Shown here piece by piece: positions 9,360 through 19,650 of a stretch of 64,000 nucleotides of DNA. Every line of letters starts with the position of its first letter. Positions within the stretch are counted from its first letter, which is position 1. Source of the DNA: an uncultured Bacteroidales bacterium. GTDB lineage: Bacteria; Bacteroidota; Bacteroidia; Bacteroidales; UBA932. The DNA is taken from positions 20,473-84,472 of the forward strand of contig CAMJHF010000007.1 of NCBI GenBank assembly GCA_946405435.1, given 5' to 3'. Below the pieces are notes generated by a model, which was not told the DNA's origin, did not search any database, and saw only the letters and a list, made by a program, of their open reading frames with translations. The position numbers were made by a program, and so were the translations under genes.

Positions 9360-10832
9360 ATGCAGACAACAAAATCACTGAAGTACTGGCAGTGGCGCAC
9401 CATCATCGTGACGATGATAGGGTATGCCATGTTCTACCTGGTCCGCAAGAATTTTTCGTTCTCCATGCCGGGCCTCGGCGCTGAATTCGGAATCACAAAA
9501 ACGCAGCTTGGTATATTCCTTACCCTTCATGGTGTCATCTACGGCCTTTCCCGTTATGTGGTAGGCATCATCACGGACCGCAACAGCGCCCGCAAGGTGA
9601 TGTCTCTCGGACTGATGCTCTGCGCAATAGTGAACATTCTGTTCGGAACATCCGACGCCGTGGCAGGATGGGTGGTTGCACTTGCTGGGAAATCCGGCGA
9701 TTTTGCCGCCATTTCGGCCGTGCTCGTGTATGTCATGGGCATATTGTGGATGATCAACGGTTTCCTCCAGGGCATGGGCGTGCCTCCGTGCACGAAAACC
9801 CTTACCCAGTGGATACATCCCAAGGAGCTTGCCACCAAGATGAGCATCTGGAACATGTCCCACTCCATAGGAGCAGGCCTTGCAATGGCCCTTTGCGGCT
9901 GGATAGTCATGCCGCACCTCGGCGTGGACATGAGCGTCAATCCCGAGACGGTGGCTGCCATCAGCACCAATCTGGGCCTGGATATGTCCGACCCTGCCAA
10001 CGTGGCCAAGGTAAACGGTTTCGCGGCGCACTTCGGTGCATGGCGCTGGTGCTTCCTCATACCTGCCGGTGTGGCTCTCCTGGGGGCTGTGTGGCTGTTC
10101 TTCACCCTGAAGGATTCTCCCTCTGATGTGGGACTCCCTGAGGTAGTTGGCAAGAAAAAAGCGATCGTGACAACTCCCGAAGAAGCTGCTGAACATAAGG
10201 CTTTCGTGAACAAGCACGTTTACCGCAACCGCGTCATCTGGACCCTTGCCGTCACCAATTTCTTCGTGTATGTCGTGCGTTTCGCAGCCCTTGACTGGGG
10301 CCCCACACTGCTCACGGAATCCAAGGGCCTTTCAATGGCCAATGCCACAACGCTTTGCGTCGTGTTCGAACTGCTCGGCGGCAACCTCGGAATGCTGTTC
10401 TGGGGCTGGGCTACCGACCATATTTTCAAGAACAAGGCGCATCATACCTGCGTGGTGTGCATGATTGGAGTGGCCATCTGCATAGGAATATTCTGGATGC
10501 TGCCGCAGACCGCTCCATGGTGGGTTATGCTGATTCCTTTTACTTTCCTTGGTTTCTGCATTTACGGCCCCCAGGCCCTTCTCGGCATCTGTGCTGCACA
10601 GCATGCCACCAACAGGGCCTCTGCTACGGCCAACGGCATCCTCGGCATTTTCGGCTACCTGAGCACGATCGTTTCCGGTTTCGGATTCGGTTTCGTCGCG
10701 CAGCATTATGGTTGGAATGCCGCTTATATTACAATCTTCGTATGTGCCGTCATCGGTCTTCTGACAATTCTTACTATCTGGGGAGCCAAGGCTACTGGAT
10801 ATACGGAGGAGGACCTTCATCAAAATGCATAG
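9360..10832 (+). CDS. MFS organophosphate:Pi antiporter (GlpT/UhpC family)
   Basis: YAMFYLVRKNFS, NGFLQGMG, WNMSHSIG, VRFAALDWGP and IYGPQ motifs; about 12 TM segments. Confidence 0.9.
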   Translation: MQTTKSLKYWQWRTIIVTMIGYAMFYLVRKNFSFSMPGLGAEFGITKTQLGIFLTLHGVIYGLSRYVVGIITDRNSARKVMSLGLMLCAIVNILFGTSDAVAGWVVALAGKSGDFAAISAVLVYVMGILWMINGFLQGMGVPPCTKTLTQWIHPKELATKMSIWNMSHSIGAGLAMALCGWIVMPHLGVDMSVNPETVAAISTNLGLDMSDPANVAKVNGFAAHFGAWRWCFLIPAGVALLGAVWLFFTLKDSPSDVGLPEVVGKKKAIVTTPEEAAEHKAFVNKHVYRNRVIWTLAVTNFFVYVVRFAALDWGPTLLTESKGLSMANATTLCVVFELLGGNLGMLFWGWATDHIFKNKAHHTCVVCMIGVAICIGIFWMLPQTAPWWVMLIPFTFLGFCIYGPQALLGICAAQHATNRASATANGILGIFGYLSTIVSGFGFGFVAQHYGWNAAYITIFVCAVIGLLTILTIWGAKATGYTEEDLHQNA

Positions 10833-10833
10833 A

Positions 10834-12435
10834 ATGAAAAAGTTAGTATTATTAATCATAAGCATTGCTTTATGTTCGTCAGCCTTCGGGGCCAAGGTTC
10901 TGCCTCCTGATGTAAAGGGCTGCGTGAAGGATACTTACGGGAATCCGATTGCCGGCGTAGCCGTGTCAGACGGTTATACTGTCGTGCTTACGGATGAAGA
11001 GGGAAAGTATTGTTTTCCGCGCATTCCCGAGGCTTATCAGGTGTTTATAAGCATTCCTTCAGAGTACGAAGTTCCTCTGCGCCAGGGCCAGCCGGTTTTT
11101 TACAAGAAACTGGAGGACAGGCCGGCGTACGATTTTGTCCTAAAGCCTCTTAAGAACGGTCCGGAGAAGGAATTCAACCTTTTTCTAGTGGCTGATCCCC
11201 AGTGCCAGTGGGTATGGCATGTAAGGCGTCTTCGCGAAGAGGCTGTCGCCGACATGAAAGCCTATGCCGGCAAGTGCAAAGGCCCCGATTATGCCATTAC
11301 ACTTGGCGACATAGCCTACAGTGAGGGGCACAGGAACACCAATTACCTGCTTCCTATGATTAGACAAGAGTTCTCGGCGGAGAATACCGGAATGCCCGTT
11401 TTCCAGACCGTAGGCAATCATGATTTCGAATATCCGCTGACTGCCGTGGAAGAGGGGAGCCCTACCATCTCCGTGAGGCGTCACCGCTATTTCGAAGACA
11501 TGTTCGGCCCCGCCAACTATTCATTCAACAGGGGAGATGTCCACATAGTGAGCATGTTTGACGTGAATTTCACATCTTTCGGCTATCCTGGCAAATACTA
11601 TGGGGATTTCTCCGACGCCCAGGTGGCCTGGCTCGAAAAGGACCTCGCGGCAGTGCCTGCAGGCAAGCTCATAATCTTGTGCGTTCACATACCGTTCGAG
11701 AATGCCATCAAGAACTCTCCCAATATGAAGCGCGTCATGGACATCCTGGCGGCCCGCGGCAATTCCCTGATCGTCAGCGGTCATACGCATACGATCAAGC
11801 ATATACACTATCCCAACGGCGTGTCGGAATTCGTCGCCGGAGCCATGTCCGGCTGCTGGTGGTGGAGCAAGAACTGCGCGGACGGTGCCCCCAACGGCTA
11901 CAGCGTCTGGAAGATCAAAGGGAATCGCGTGGTTTCCGACATCTACAAAGGCCAGAACTTCAAAGACACATACCAGATGCGCATCTACAAGGGCGACGCC
12001 GAGTATGGCGGTCAGTATGAGAAGTTCAAGATGGAGCACGGAGCCGGCACGATCCTGGTCAACGTATGGAACTGGGACGAGGGCTGGAAATCAGAAGTTT
12101 ACGAGAACGGCAAACTGTGCGGCAGCCTTGAAAAGATGCCGATTTCCAGTGAGTTCGGTGCACCCTATAACGGAAGCAAGGACTGGTGGGCGATCGGCTA
12201 TAATGTAGGCGTAGTCGGCCGCGGACATATCCATGGCAGCACCCGCAACAATTATTGCTCCAAGAACTACCATATGTTCCGCTATGTCCTGAAGGATCCT
12301 CAGGCCAGAATCAAGGTCGTAGTGTATGATAATTCCGGACGCAAGTTCACTTGCAGCCGAATCACTACGGCAGATGACTACCAGACCCTTGCAGCCCGTC
12401 CGGCATATCCTGTCGAGCCAGGCTGGGAGGAGTAG
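10834..12435 (+). CDS. Secreted calcineurin-like metallophosphoesterase with N- and C-terminal accessory domains
   Basis: Signal peptide; GVAVSDG N-domain; ADPQ, LGDI, VGNHD, HIP, GHTH and DGAPNGY motifs. Confidence 0.88.
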   Translation: MKKLVLLIISIALCSSAFGAKVLPPDVKGCVKDTYGNPIAGVAVSDGYTVVLTDEEGKYCFPRIPEAYQVFISIPSEYEVPLRQGQPVFYKKLEDRPAYDFVLKPLKNGPEKEFNLFLVADPQCQWVWHVRRLREEAVADMKAYAGKCKGPDYAITLGDIAYSEGHRNTNYLLPMIRQEFSAENTGMPVFQTVGNHDFEYPLTAVEEGSPTISVRRHRYFEDMFGPANYSFNRGDVHIVSMFDVNFTSFGYPGKYYGDFSDAQVAWLEKDLAAVPAGKLIILCVHIPFENAIKNSPNMKRVMDILAARGNSLIVSGHTHTIKHIHYPNGVSEFVAGAMSGCWWWSKNCADGAPNGYSVWKIKGNRVVSDIYKGQNFKDTYQMRIYKGDAEYGGQYEKFKMEHGAGTILVNVWNWDEGWKSEVYENGKLCGSLEKMPISSEFGAPYNGSKDWWAIGYNVGVVGRGHIHGSTRNNYCSKNYHMFRYVLKDPQARIKVVVYDNSGRKFTCSRITTADDYQTLAARPAYPVEPGWEE

Positions 12436-12438
12436 GAA

Positions 12439-13476
12439 CTAAATAAGCTTTATACCGGCCCGGAGACAAGCCTTGCGCTGGTCTTCGGGCCATATGCTTG
12501 CTTGTATCTCGCCTATGTGGGCTTTCTGCAGGAACAGCATGCAAAGTCGCGACTGCCCTATACCGCCGCCGATGCTCAACGGCAGTTTGCCGGACAGCAG
12601 CTGGGTATGGAAATACAGACTCTCCCGTTCGGTCTTGCCGCACATCTCCAGCTGGGTGCGCATCGCCGCTTCGTCTACCCTGATGCCCATGGACGATATT
12701 TCGAATGAGCGCTCAAGCACCGGATTCCAGACGAGCAGGTCTCCGTTGAGTCCGTAGAAACCGTCCTCGTTGGGAGTGCTCCAGTCATCGTAGTCGGGAG
12801 CCCTCATATCATGCGGCTCGCCGTCCGACAGGGGCATTCCGATGCCGATTATGAAGACGCTGCCCCATCTGCGGCAGGCGGCATCTTCGCGCTCCTTGGG
12901 GCTTAGGCCAGGATATTCGCGCAGCAGCTGTTCGGAATGAATGAAATGGACTTTTCCGCTGAGGAAGGGACGCAGCTGCGGGTAGCAGGTACAGATGAAC
13001 TCCTCGGTGTCCAGCATCGCAGAATAAATCTGCCGCACGCAGCGCTTCAGGAAGCCTAGGTTGCGGTTGGCCGCCGTTATCGTGCGCTCCCAGTCCCACT
13101 GGTCTACATAAAGCGAGTGGAGATTGCCAAGGTTCTCATCCGCCCGTATGGCGTTCATGTCGGTGTAGATGCCGTGGCCCGGGCGTATCTTATACTCCGA
13201 GAGCGACATGCGCTTCCATTTGGCAAGCGAGTGCACCACTTCTGCACGGCGGTCGCCGAGATCCTTGACGGGGAAGGTCACGGCGCGTTCGACTCCGCTC
13301 AGGTCGTCGTTGATTCCCTGGCCCTGGAGGACGAACAGCGGGGCGGTGACGCGGCGCAGTTTAAGCCCCTTTGCAAGAGACTGCTGGAAGTAGTCCTTGA
13401 GGAGTTTGATACCATGCTCCGTTTCTTCCGGAGAAAGGAGGGACTTGTATCCTTTCGGAATGATCAGGTAGCTCAT
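12439..13476 (-). CDS. asnA: Aspartate--ammonia ligase
   Basis: [30 protein letters not shown] and [11 protein letters not shown] motifs. Confidence 0.97.
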   Translation of the reverse strand: MSYLIIPKGYKSLLSPEETEHGIKLLKDYFQQSLAKGLKLRRVTAPLFVLQGQGINDDLSGVERAVTFPVKDLGDRRAEVVHSLAKWKRMSLSEYKIRPGHGIYTDMNAIRADENLGNLHSLYVDQWDWERTITAANRNLGFLKRCVRQIYSAMLDTEEFICTCYPQLRPFLSGKVHFIHSEQLLREYPGLSPKEREDAACRRWGSVFIIGIGMPLSDGEPHDMRAPDYDDWSTPNEDGFYGLNGDLLVWNPVLERSFEISSMGIRVDEAAMRTQLEMCGKTERESLYFHTQLLSGKLPLSIGGGIGQSRLCMLFLQKAHIGEIQASIWPEDQRKACLRAGIKLI

Positions 13477-14594
13477 TTTATTCCGGTGAGCTCACTGTCG
13501 TTGAAATAGTCGATGCGCATGGCCTTGCGAACGTCGTCCAGAGTGGCCTGGGCAACCTTGACAGCAGCCTCCGTGCCCTCGCGCAGCGTTTTCCATACGC
13601 CTGGAATGTCCTTCTCGAGTTCGGCCCTGCGGGCGCGGATGGGCTCGAGGATTTCATTGAGAATGGCGGCCAGGAAGTTCTTCAGCATCATGTCGCCAAG
13701 TCCGCCGGCGCGGTATTGCGCCTTGGCCTCGTCCAGGGAGGAGAAGCTGAAGCTGGCTTTCTTGCCCACGAAGCAGGAATCGAACTTCTGAAAGTGCTCA
13801 GGCTTGCAGAAGGCGTCCAGATAGGTGAAGACTGTATTTCCTTCCACCTTGCCGGGATCGCTTACCTGCAGGTGTCCGGGATCGGTGAACATTCCCTTTA
13901 CTTTGCGGGTCACTTCTTCCTCGGAGTCAGACAGATAGATGCAGTTGCCCAGGGACTTGCTCATCTTGGCCTTGCCGTCAGTGCCGGGAAGGCGCATGCA
14001 GGCTGCGTTTTCCGGCAGCAGGATTTCGGGCTCCACGAGAGTGGGACCGTAGACGGAATTGAATTTGCGCACGATTTCGCGGCACTGCTCTATCATGGGT
14101 TCCTGGTCTTCGCCTACGGGCACCGTGGTGGCCTTGAAGGCGGTAATGTCGGCCGCCTGGCTGATAGGGTAGCAGAAAAAGCCCACGGGGGTGCCTGCCT
14201 TGTTGTCGGCGCCGTCGTCGGACTCGGAAAAACCGCGCAGCTTGATTTCCTGCTTTACTGTAGGATTGCGCTTCAGGCGCTGAACCGTCACGAGGTTCAT
14301 ATAGTAGAAGGTGAGCTCGGTGAGCTGCGGCACCATTGACTGTATGAAGATATGCACTTTGGCAGGATCGAGACCGGCAGACAGATAGTCCAAAGCCACC
14401 TGTATGATGTTCTGACGGACTTTTTCGGGGTTGTCCGCATTGTCTGTAAGAGCCTGTGCGTCGGCTATCATTATGAAGATATCGTCGAATCCTCCTTGAT
14501 TCTGGAGTTCGACCCTGCGTCGCAGGGAACCTACATAGTGGCCCAGGTGGAGCCTTCCGGTGGGGCGGTCGCCCGTAAGAATAATTTTAGACAT
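13473..14594 (-). CDS. trpS: Tryptophan--tRNA ligase
   Basis: [13 protein letters not shown] (HIGH), [16 protein letters not shown] and KMSKS motifs. Confidence 0.97.
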   Translation of the reverse strand: MSKIILTGDRPTGRLHLGHYVGSLRRRVELQNQGGFDDIFIMIADAQALTDNADNPEKVRQNIIQVALDYLSAGLDPAKVHIFIQSMVPQLTELTFYYMNLVTVQRLKRNPTVKQEIKLRGFSESDDGADNKAGTPVGFFCYPISQAADITAFKATTVPVGEDQEPMIEQCREIVRKFNSVYGPTLVEPEILLPENAACMRLPGTDGKAKMSKSLGNCIYLSDSEEEVTRKVKGMFTDPGHLQVSDPGKVEGNTVFTYLDAFCKPEHFQKFDSCFVGKKASFSFSSLDEAKAQYRAGGLGDMMLKNFLAAILNEILEPIRARRAELEKDIPGVWKTLREGTEAAVKVAQATLDDVRKAMRIDYFNDSELTGIK

Positions 14595-14600
14595 ATTATA

Positions 14601-16856
14601 TTACTTGTACCATTCGCAGGATTGTGCATCTCCTGCAATCCAAACTGTGTCACCCTCCGACAAGCGGAAGTCCGCCCCGGGATTGGTGATGAAATTATCA
14701 TTGTGCAGGATGCTGATTATCATGCATCCTCCTTTTCGCATATCGGTTTCGCGAAGGGTCTTTCCGGTCAGGAAAGAATCTTTGCCAAGCTGTGTGGTGA
14801 CCAAGGCGAACTCGGTGTCCTTTTCGCTTTCCTGGAGGGGACGAATGTTGTCTTGGAGAATCTGGTAGAAGGCCTCCAGCTGTGACGAGGTCCCCACGGC
14901 CACGAGTTTGTCGTGGGGATACACCGGCTCGCTGCCGGACGGTATCAGGATGCCACGCGACCCTCTGACGATTTTTATGATGTTGACTCCGGAAGACTGC
15001 CTGAACGGCATCTCGCTCAGCGGTTTTCCTATATATGCAAAGTCCGGGGAAACCTCGACCATCTCGGTGCGTATGTCGTAGCGGGACATCTTTTCCTGCA
15101 CGGACGACGCCACGGGGCGCTCTTTGCGGGCGAGTTCTTCGCGTGCATTGAGGTTCTCAAGGAAACGCTTCTCGAGGCCGGACAGATGCTTGACGGAGAA
15201 CTTTGCGACCAGAATCACGAACAGGCCGGCCAGGATGGCTATCAGCACGCCCCATCCTCCCAGTTTGAAATAACTGGTGATCGCCGCCAGTATGAAGCCT
15301 ATTCCAAGCATTATGCGGAGCACCAGCAGCGAAAGGATGGGCCATCTGTTGCTGGGGCGTTCTTTGAGCAGTTTGGAAGCGTGGGTGTTGATGGAACCAT
15401 TGGTAACCACGAGGCCATAGAGGAAGGGCACCATGACGATCAGGGTGACTCCGAGGCAGATTGCCTTGCGCGTATCTCCTCCGAGGAACGGCAGCAGCGA
15501 CTGCGCCGCTTTGGTGAGCATGGTGCGCGAGAGGATCAGTATCGCTACCAATATAACGCTGTACAAGACAACCCTGATAGCGTAGCTCTTGAGTAGACCA
15601 GCCCATTCGTTGTTTTCCGCCTTGGACTGATTGGCCTGGCTTCCGGGGGCGGGATTAATCCTCTCAAGGACTGATGCCGGCAGTTTAGCCTGCAGCCACT
15701 TGCTTACGGGATCGCCGGCCTTTATCATGAACGGTGCTGCAAATGTCGTGAGCACGGAGACGCTGATAATCACCGGGTATATGAAATCGCGCATTACGCC
15801 GAGGCTGCAGCCAAGGCTGGCAATGATGAACGAAAACTCTCCAAGCTGGGCCATGGTAAAACCGACATGGACGGAATTGTCAAGACCCTGGCCGGCAAGC
15901 AGCGAGCCGGCGGTGGAAAAGGTCAGCAGGCCCACGATGGCGAGGATGGCCAGGAACAGGATGATTCCCCAGTGGGCTGCGATGATGGCAGGGTCTATCA
16001 TCATTCCGACCGACACGAAGAAAATGGCCCCGAAGAGGTTTTTGATGCCGGTGACCAGGTGCTCTATCCGTTCTCCTTCCACGGTTTCAGCCAGTATCGA
16101 ACCCATTACGAAGGCTCCAAGCGCCGAAGAAAAGCCGGCGAGGTTGGCCAGGGCTACCATGCCGAAACAAAGACCTATGGATATGATCAGCAGGATCTCG
16201 TCGTTAAGGAACTTCTTCGCTTTCTTGAGAAGGAGGGGTATAACATACAGTCCTACAAGGAACCACAGTATGAGGAAGAAGGCCAGACGCACCAGGCTCC
16301 ATACCATTTCTCCGCCGGAGAACTTGCTGGACACGGCCAGCGTGGACAGCAGCACCATGAGCAGGACCGCAATCAGATCTTCTACCACCAGCGTGCCGAA
16401 GATCAGCGTGGCGTAGGGCTTCTTCTTCAGCCCCATGTCATCGTAGGCCTTGATGATTACGGTGGTGGAACTCATGGACATAAGTCCGCCGAGGAAGATG
16501 CTCTCCATCATGCTCCATCCCATCGCGCTGCCGGCAGTCATTCCCAGGATCAGCATTCCCAGGCATATGGTTCCGGCGGTAATCAGCGCGCTGCTGCCTA
16601 CTTTCAGGAGTTTCTTGAAGCTGAACTCCAGACCGAGCGCGAACAGCAGGAAGATGATGCCTATCTCCGACCACTGCTTGACCGATTCGGTGCTTGTGAT
16701 GGTGGGGAAGAGTCCGAGGTGCGGGCTGACTATGAATCCGGCGATGATGTATCCCAGTATCAACGGCTGTTTGAGGGCCCGGGATATAACTGTGAAGATT
16801 CCGGCGGCAATCAGAATCAGCGCAAGATCGGCAACCAGGTGCAGTTCTTCGGACAT
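14601..16856 (-). CDS. CPA2 cation:proton antiporter with two C-terminal TrkA-C (RCK-C) domains
   Basis: LFALGLEFS, SSTTVII, VVEDL, FFVSVG and AQLGEFSFIIA motifs; two C-terminal RCK-C repeats. Confidence 0.9.
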   Translation of the reverse strand: MSEELHLVADLALILIAAGIFTVISRALKQPLILGYIIAGFIVSPHLGLFPTITSTESVKQWSEIGIIFLLFALGLEFSFKKLLKVGSSALITAGTICLGMLILGMTAGSAMGWSMMESIFLGGLMSMSSTTVIIKAYDDMGLKKKPYATLIFGTLVVEDLIAVLLMVLLSTLAVSSKFSGGEMVWSLVRLAFFLILWFLVGLYVIPLLLKKAKKFLNDEILLIISIGLCFGMVALANLAGFSSALGAFVMGSILAETVEGERIEHLVTGIKNLFGAIFFVSVGMMIDPAIIAAHWGIILFLAILAIVGLLTFSTAGSLLAGQGLDNSVHVGFTMAQLGEFSFIIASLGCSLGVMRDFIYPVIISVSVLTTFAAPFMIKAGDPVSKWLQAKLPASVLERINPAPGSQANQSKAENNEWAGLLKSYAIRVVLYSVILVAILILSRTMLTKAAQSLLPFLGGDTRKAICLGVTLIVMVPFLYGLVVTNGSINTHASKLLKERPSNRWPILSLLVLRIMLGIGFILAAITSYFKLGGWGVLIAILAGLFVILVAKFSVKHLSGLEKRFLENLNAREELARKERPVASSVQEKMSRYDIRTEMVEVSPDFAYIGKPLSEMPFRQSSGVNIIKIVRGSRGILIPSGSEPVYPHDKLVAVGTSSQLEAFYQILQDNIRPLQESEKDTEFALVTTQLGKDSFLTGKTLRETDMRKGGCMIISILHNDNFITNPGADFRLSEGDTVWIAGDAQSCEWYK

Positions 16857-16862
16857 CGGACG

Positions 16863-17867
16863 CTACTTGCTGTTGGCTATCAGGTATTCGGCGATCTGGA
16901 CGGCGTTCAGGGCTGCCCCCTTGCGGATCTGGTCTCCGGAGAGCCACAGGCAGATGCCGTTGTCGGAAGCGAGGTCCTTGCGGATGCGGCCAACATACAC
17001 ATTGTCTTTGCCTCCTGTAAACAGGGGCATTGGGTAACTGCGGGATGAAGGGTCGTCCTGCAGGGTGACGCCCGGAGCCGATTCAAGCGCGTCCCTTACA
17101 TCTTTGACGGACAGGGGACTTTCCGTTTCCAGCCACACGGCCTCGGAATGGGAACGCAGGGAGGAAATACGCACGCATGTAGCGCTGCAGCGGACGTCGG
17201 AATGGAGGATCTTGCGGGTTTCGTTGAACATCTTCATCTCTTCCTTGGTGTAGGCGTTGTCGGTGAAGACGTCGATCTGGGGGATTACGTTGTAGGCCAG
17301 CTGATAAGCAAATTTGTCTATGGTGACAGGCTTGCCTTCCACGAGGTCCTTGTATTGTTGCTGCAGTTCGGCCATGGCCTGGGCGCCGGCCCCGGATGCG
17401 GACTGATAACTTGCCACATGAATGCGCGTTATGTGCGACAGGCGTTCGATGGGCTGGAGCACAGTGACCATGATGATGGTGGTGCAGTTGGGATTGGCGA
17501 TGATGCCGCGCGGGTGATTAAGGGCGTCGGCGGCGTTGCATTCAGGGACCACCAGCGGAACGTCCTCGTCCATGCGGAAGGCGCTGGAGTTGTCTATCAT
17601 GACGGTTCCGTATTTGGTGATGGTGTCCGCGAATTCACGGGAGGTGCCGGCCCCGGCGGATGTGAAAGCAATGTCTATGTCACGGAAATCGTCATTGTGC
17701 TGCAAAAGCTTTACTTCCAGTTGTTTGCCCCGGAACGGATAGACACGTCCGGCGCTTCTTTCGGAGCCGAACAGGACAAGTTCGTCGGCAGGGAAGTCGC
17801 GCTCTCCGAGTATCCTGAGGAATTCCTGGCCTACGGCGCCGCTTGCGCCTACTATAGCTACTTTCAT
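16863..17867 (-). CDS. asd: Aspartate-semialdehyde dehydrogenase
   Basis: [31 protein letters not shown] and [11 protein letters not shown] motifs. Confidence 0.97.
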   Translation of the reverse strand: MKVAIVGASGAVGQEFLRILGERDFPADELVLFGSERSAGRVYPFRGKQLEVKLLQHNDDFRDIDIAFTSAGAGTSREFADTITKYGTVMIDNSSAFRMDEDVPLVVPECNAADALNHPRGIIANPNCTTIIMVTVLQPIERLSHITRIHVASYQSASGAGAQAMAELQQQYKDLVEGKPVTIDKFAYQLAYNVIPQIDVFTDNAYTKEEMKMFNETRKILHSDVRCSATCVRISSLRSHSEAVWLETESPLSVKDVRDALESAPGVTLQDDPSSRSYPMPLFTGGKDNVYVGRIRKDLASDNGICLWLSGDQIRKGAALNAVQIAEYLIANSK

Positions 17868-17889
17868 AATACCATTCGATTAAAGCAGT

Positions 17890-17897
17890 CAAAGATA
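17890..17897 (-). promoter_or_regulatory. -7 promoter (TATCTTTG) for asd
   Basis: caaagata on the + strand. Confidence 0.6.
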
Positions 17898-17918
17898 GCA
17901 ACAATTCTTGTCCTTCAC

Positions 17919-18035
17919 AAAAAAAGAGGGGGTATAACGTGTGAAGCCCGCTTCACAGCGGGCTTCAACGGTTAGTTAGTAGTGTATACCTTGTTGAAGG
18001 TTAATTATTGTTGGTTAGAATAGTTGTTGATTTCC
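17919..18035 (-). ncRNA. Putative stand-alone small RNA (~115 nt)
   Basis: Own promoter TATATTTG (18041-18048) with TTG 20 nt upstream. A/C-rich unstructured 5' part, then an 11-bp stem with a GUGA tetraloop, outer GGUAUA/UAUACC pairing and a U7 end. No ATG in the transcript. Confidence 0.6.
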
Positions 18036-18040
18036 GACTG

Positions 18041-18048
18041 CAAATATA
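18041..18048 (-). promoter_or_regulatory. -7 promoter (TATATTTG) driving the putative sRNA
   Basis: caaatata on +; -33 TTG at 18069-18071. Confidence 0.7.
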
Positions 18049-18121
18049 ATTCATTTTTTTTATATCTGCAATCTTTTTCTGAAATTTTTTTCAAAAAACC
18101 AACTCTACTTTTTAAAAAATT

Positions 18122-18805
18122 TTAAGAATTATCATTCAATAAATTGGGTCTCAATGTTTTAGTCCGTTCAAGGGCCTGTTCGTCCTGCCACTCGCGAATT
18201 AATTTCGGGTTGCCGCTGAGCAGAACATCCGGAACTTTCCATCCGTTGAACTCGGCAGGGCGGGTGTAGACGGGAGGGGAGAGCAGGTTGTCCTGAAAAC
18301 TGTCGGAAAGGGCGGAAGTCTCGTCCGTCAGCGCGCCGGGGATAAGCCTTACGATGGCATCGGTAAGTAGAGCGGCCGGAATCTCTCCGCCGCTGACCAC
18401 ATAATCTCCAACGGAGATCTCGCGGGTGATGAGGTGCTCCCGTATGCGGTGGTCTATACCTTTATAATGTCCGCAGAGTATGATGATGTTGCCTTTGAGG
18501 GACAGTTCGTTGGCCATGGGCTGGTCGAGAAGGCGTCCGTCCGGCGACATGTAGATGATTTCGTCGTAGTCGCGCTCGCTTTTCAGCTCTTCGATCATCT
18601 TGTACACCGGCTCGACCATCATCACCATGCCGGCGTCGCCGCCATAGCTGTAGTCGTCTACATTCTTTCTCGGGCCTATGCCGTATTTGCGCAGGTTGTG
18701 GACGTGAATTTCAACCAGGCCTTTCTTGACCGCCCGGCCCACTATGGAATACCCCAATGGGCTTTCCAGCAATTCCGGAACTACGCTCAGGATATCGATT
18801 CTCAT
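18122..18805 (-). CDS. trmD: tRNA (guanosine37-N1)-methyltransferase
   Basis: [40 protein letters not shown] and YTRP motifs. Confidence 0.97.
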   Translation of the reverse strand: MRIDILSVVPELLESPLGYSIVGRAVKKGLVEIHVHNLRKYGIGPRKNVDDYSYGGDAGMVMMVEPVYKMIEELKSERDYDEIIYMSPDGRLLDQPMANELSLKGNIIILCGHYKGIDHRIREHLITREISVGDYVVSGGEIPAALLTDAIVRLIPGALTDETSALSDSFQDNLLSPPVYTRPAEFNGWKVPDVLLSGNPKLIREWQDEQALERTKTLRPNLLNDNS

Positions 18806-18824
18806 ATATTCTTTTTTGGGATTA

Positions 18825-18852
18825 CAAAATTAGTATTTATTTGTTAAATTTG
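18825..18852. promoter_or_regulatory. Back-to-back divergent -7 promoters (TAATTTTG on - for trmD; TAAATTTG on + for the glutaminyl cyclase)
   Basis: caaaatta at 18825-18832 and taaatttg at 18845-18852. Confidence 0.65.
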
Positions 18853-18857
18853 CAGGA

Positions 18858-19610
18858 ATGAAACGAATTCTTCTGCTTGCAGCCGTGCTGGCTTTCTGCC
18901 TGTCGGCTTGTTCTTCTTCGGCCCCTGTGCACTACAGGCTCAAAGTCGTCGCTGAATACGACCATGACCCTGCCGCATACACCCAGGGGTTGTTTTTCCA
19001 CGGTGGCGAATTGTATGAAAGCACTGGCCAGTGCGGCCAGAGCAGTATCCGGAAAGTGGAACTTGAGAGCGGCAAGGTGCTCCGCAAGCTCGACTTTGCC
19101 CGGAAGTATTTCGGAGAAGGGTCGGTGATCTTCAAGGACAAGCTCTACATGCTCACCTGGACCAACAGGGTGGCATTCACCTACGATGCCGCTTCGCTCA
19201 AGTATCTCAGGACACATTCTTATCCTCGCGACGGATGGGGACTTACGACGGACGGCAAGTCTCTCATTGCATCCGACGGTACCGCCAACCTGTATTTCCT
19301 CGACGGCGACTTCAAGCTCAAGCGCACTCTCAAGGTTACTATGGACGGCCGTCCCGTGCGCCTGCTCAACGAACTTGAGTGGATAGACGGCAGGATATGG
19401 GCCAATGTATATACCACCGACATGATAGTGATAATCAATCCTTCGAGCGGTGCCGTAGAGGGAGTGGTAGACTGCAGCGGGCTCCTTCCTGCCAAGCTGC
19501 GAAAGCCTGATACAGACGTACTTAACGGTATTGCTACACTGGACGGACGCATATTCCTCACGGGCAAGAACTGGCCAAGGTTATATGAGGTTGAAATAGT
19601 TAAGAAATAA
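18858..19610 (+). CDS. Glutaminyl-peptide cyclotransferase, type I (plant/bacterial beta-propeller), lipoprotein
   Basis: YTQGL, LYESTG, FGEG, GWGLT, LNELE, VLNGIA and TGKNW motifs; lipobox LSAC. Confidence 0.92.
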   Translation: MKRILLLAAVLAFCLSACSSSAPVHYRLKVVAEYDHDPAAYTQGLFFHGGELYESTGQCGQSSIRKVELESGKVLRKLDFARKYFGEGSVIFKDKLYMLTWTNRVAFTYDAASLKYLRTHSYPRDGWGLTTDGKSLIASDGTANLYFLDGDFKLKRTLKVTMDGRPVRLLNELEWIDGRIWANVYTTDMIVIINPSSGAVEGVVDCSGLLPAKLRKPDTDVLNGIATLDGRIFLTGKNWPRLYEVEIVKK

Positions 19611-19650
19611 ATGTTATATTTGCAATTCAAAACCCTAAAATAACGCTGTT

